From Marsupella aquatica (lineage: Eukaryota; Plantae; Marchantiophyta), in contig OZ316892.1 in the NCBI GenBank assembly GCA_973895155.1, positions 8,613,580-8,677,579 on the forward strand: 64,000 bases of DNA, written 5' to 3'. This document shows positions 63,776 to 64,000 of this stretch, piece by piece. Within the stretch, counting starts at the first letter, position 1. Every line of letters starts with the position of its first letter. Position numbers and translations under genes: made by a program. The notes under the pieces are model-generated. The model worked only from the letters and a program-made list of their open reading frames with translations. It made no database searches and had not been told where the DNA came from.

Positions 63776-64000
63776 TAGTGGTGAAGAACGAACATAATAC
63801 ACCATGTTTTGGTGCTTTTTAACCTGGCTTAACTTGGGGGTCGTCTTCAACAAACTGAAGGCAATAAATTTCTGACCCGGTTACTACATCGACCCTGTTT
63901 GGAACTGATTTGTTCTACGCAGAGCTGGCGTTTGCAAGCGGATTAGTGAAGAGAAGGTATTCACAATTACCCAAGTTATAGCGATTTCGTAGGTAGATTG

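Overview
Intron-rich, repeat-rich eukaryotic DNA from a land plant, most likely a non-seed plant such as a bryophyte (CPI1 sterol gene, CW-type MORC, TTTAGGG repeats). Host genes: a Ser/Arg/Lys-rich protein (+, ~7.8-11.4 kb), cycloeucalenol cycloisomerase CPI1 (-, 13.0-16.0 kb), a MORC GHKL ATPase with a CW zinc finger (-, ~31.7-41.1 kb) and a possible first exon at ~61.7 kb. Mobile DNA includes a decayed MULE/SWIM transposase, two probable solo LTRs, an L1 3' fragment, tRNA-derived relics and many minisatellites. The standout is a 9.85-kb Ty3/Gypsy-type element at 17290-27140. Its polyprotein order is Gag(2xCCHC)-protease-DNMT3-like C5 cytosine methyltransferase-RT-RNase H-DDE integrase-PHD finger. 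Its ends are split direct repeats, A-[ORFs]-B-ac-A-B, rather than two LTRs. It has a Tf1-like self-complementary PBS after A1, a G-tract PPT before B1, TG...CA outer ends and an ACAC target duplication. This layout is what would result if a 2-LTR circle were integrated at an attachment site inside one LTR (inference). All alignments and counts were done by eye and no database searches were run.
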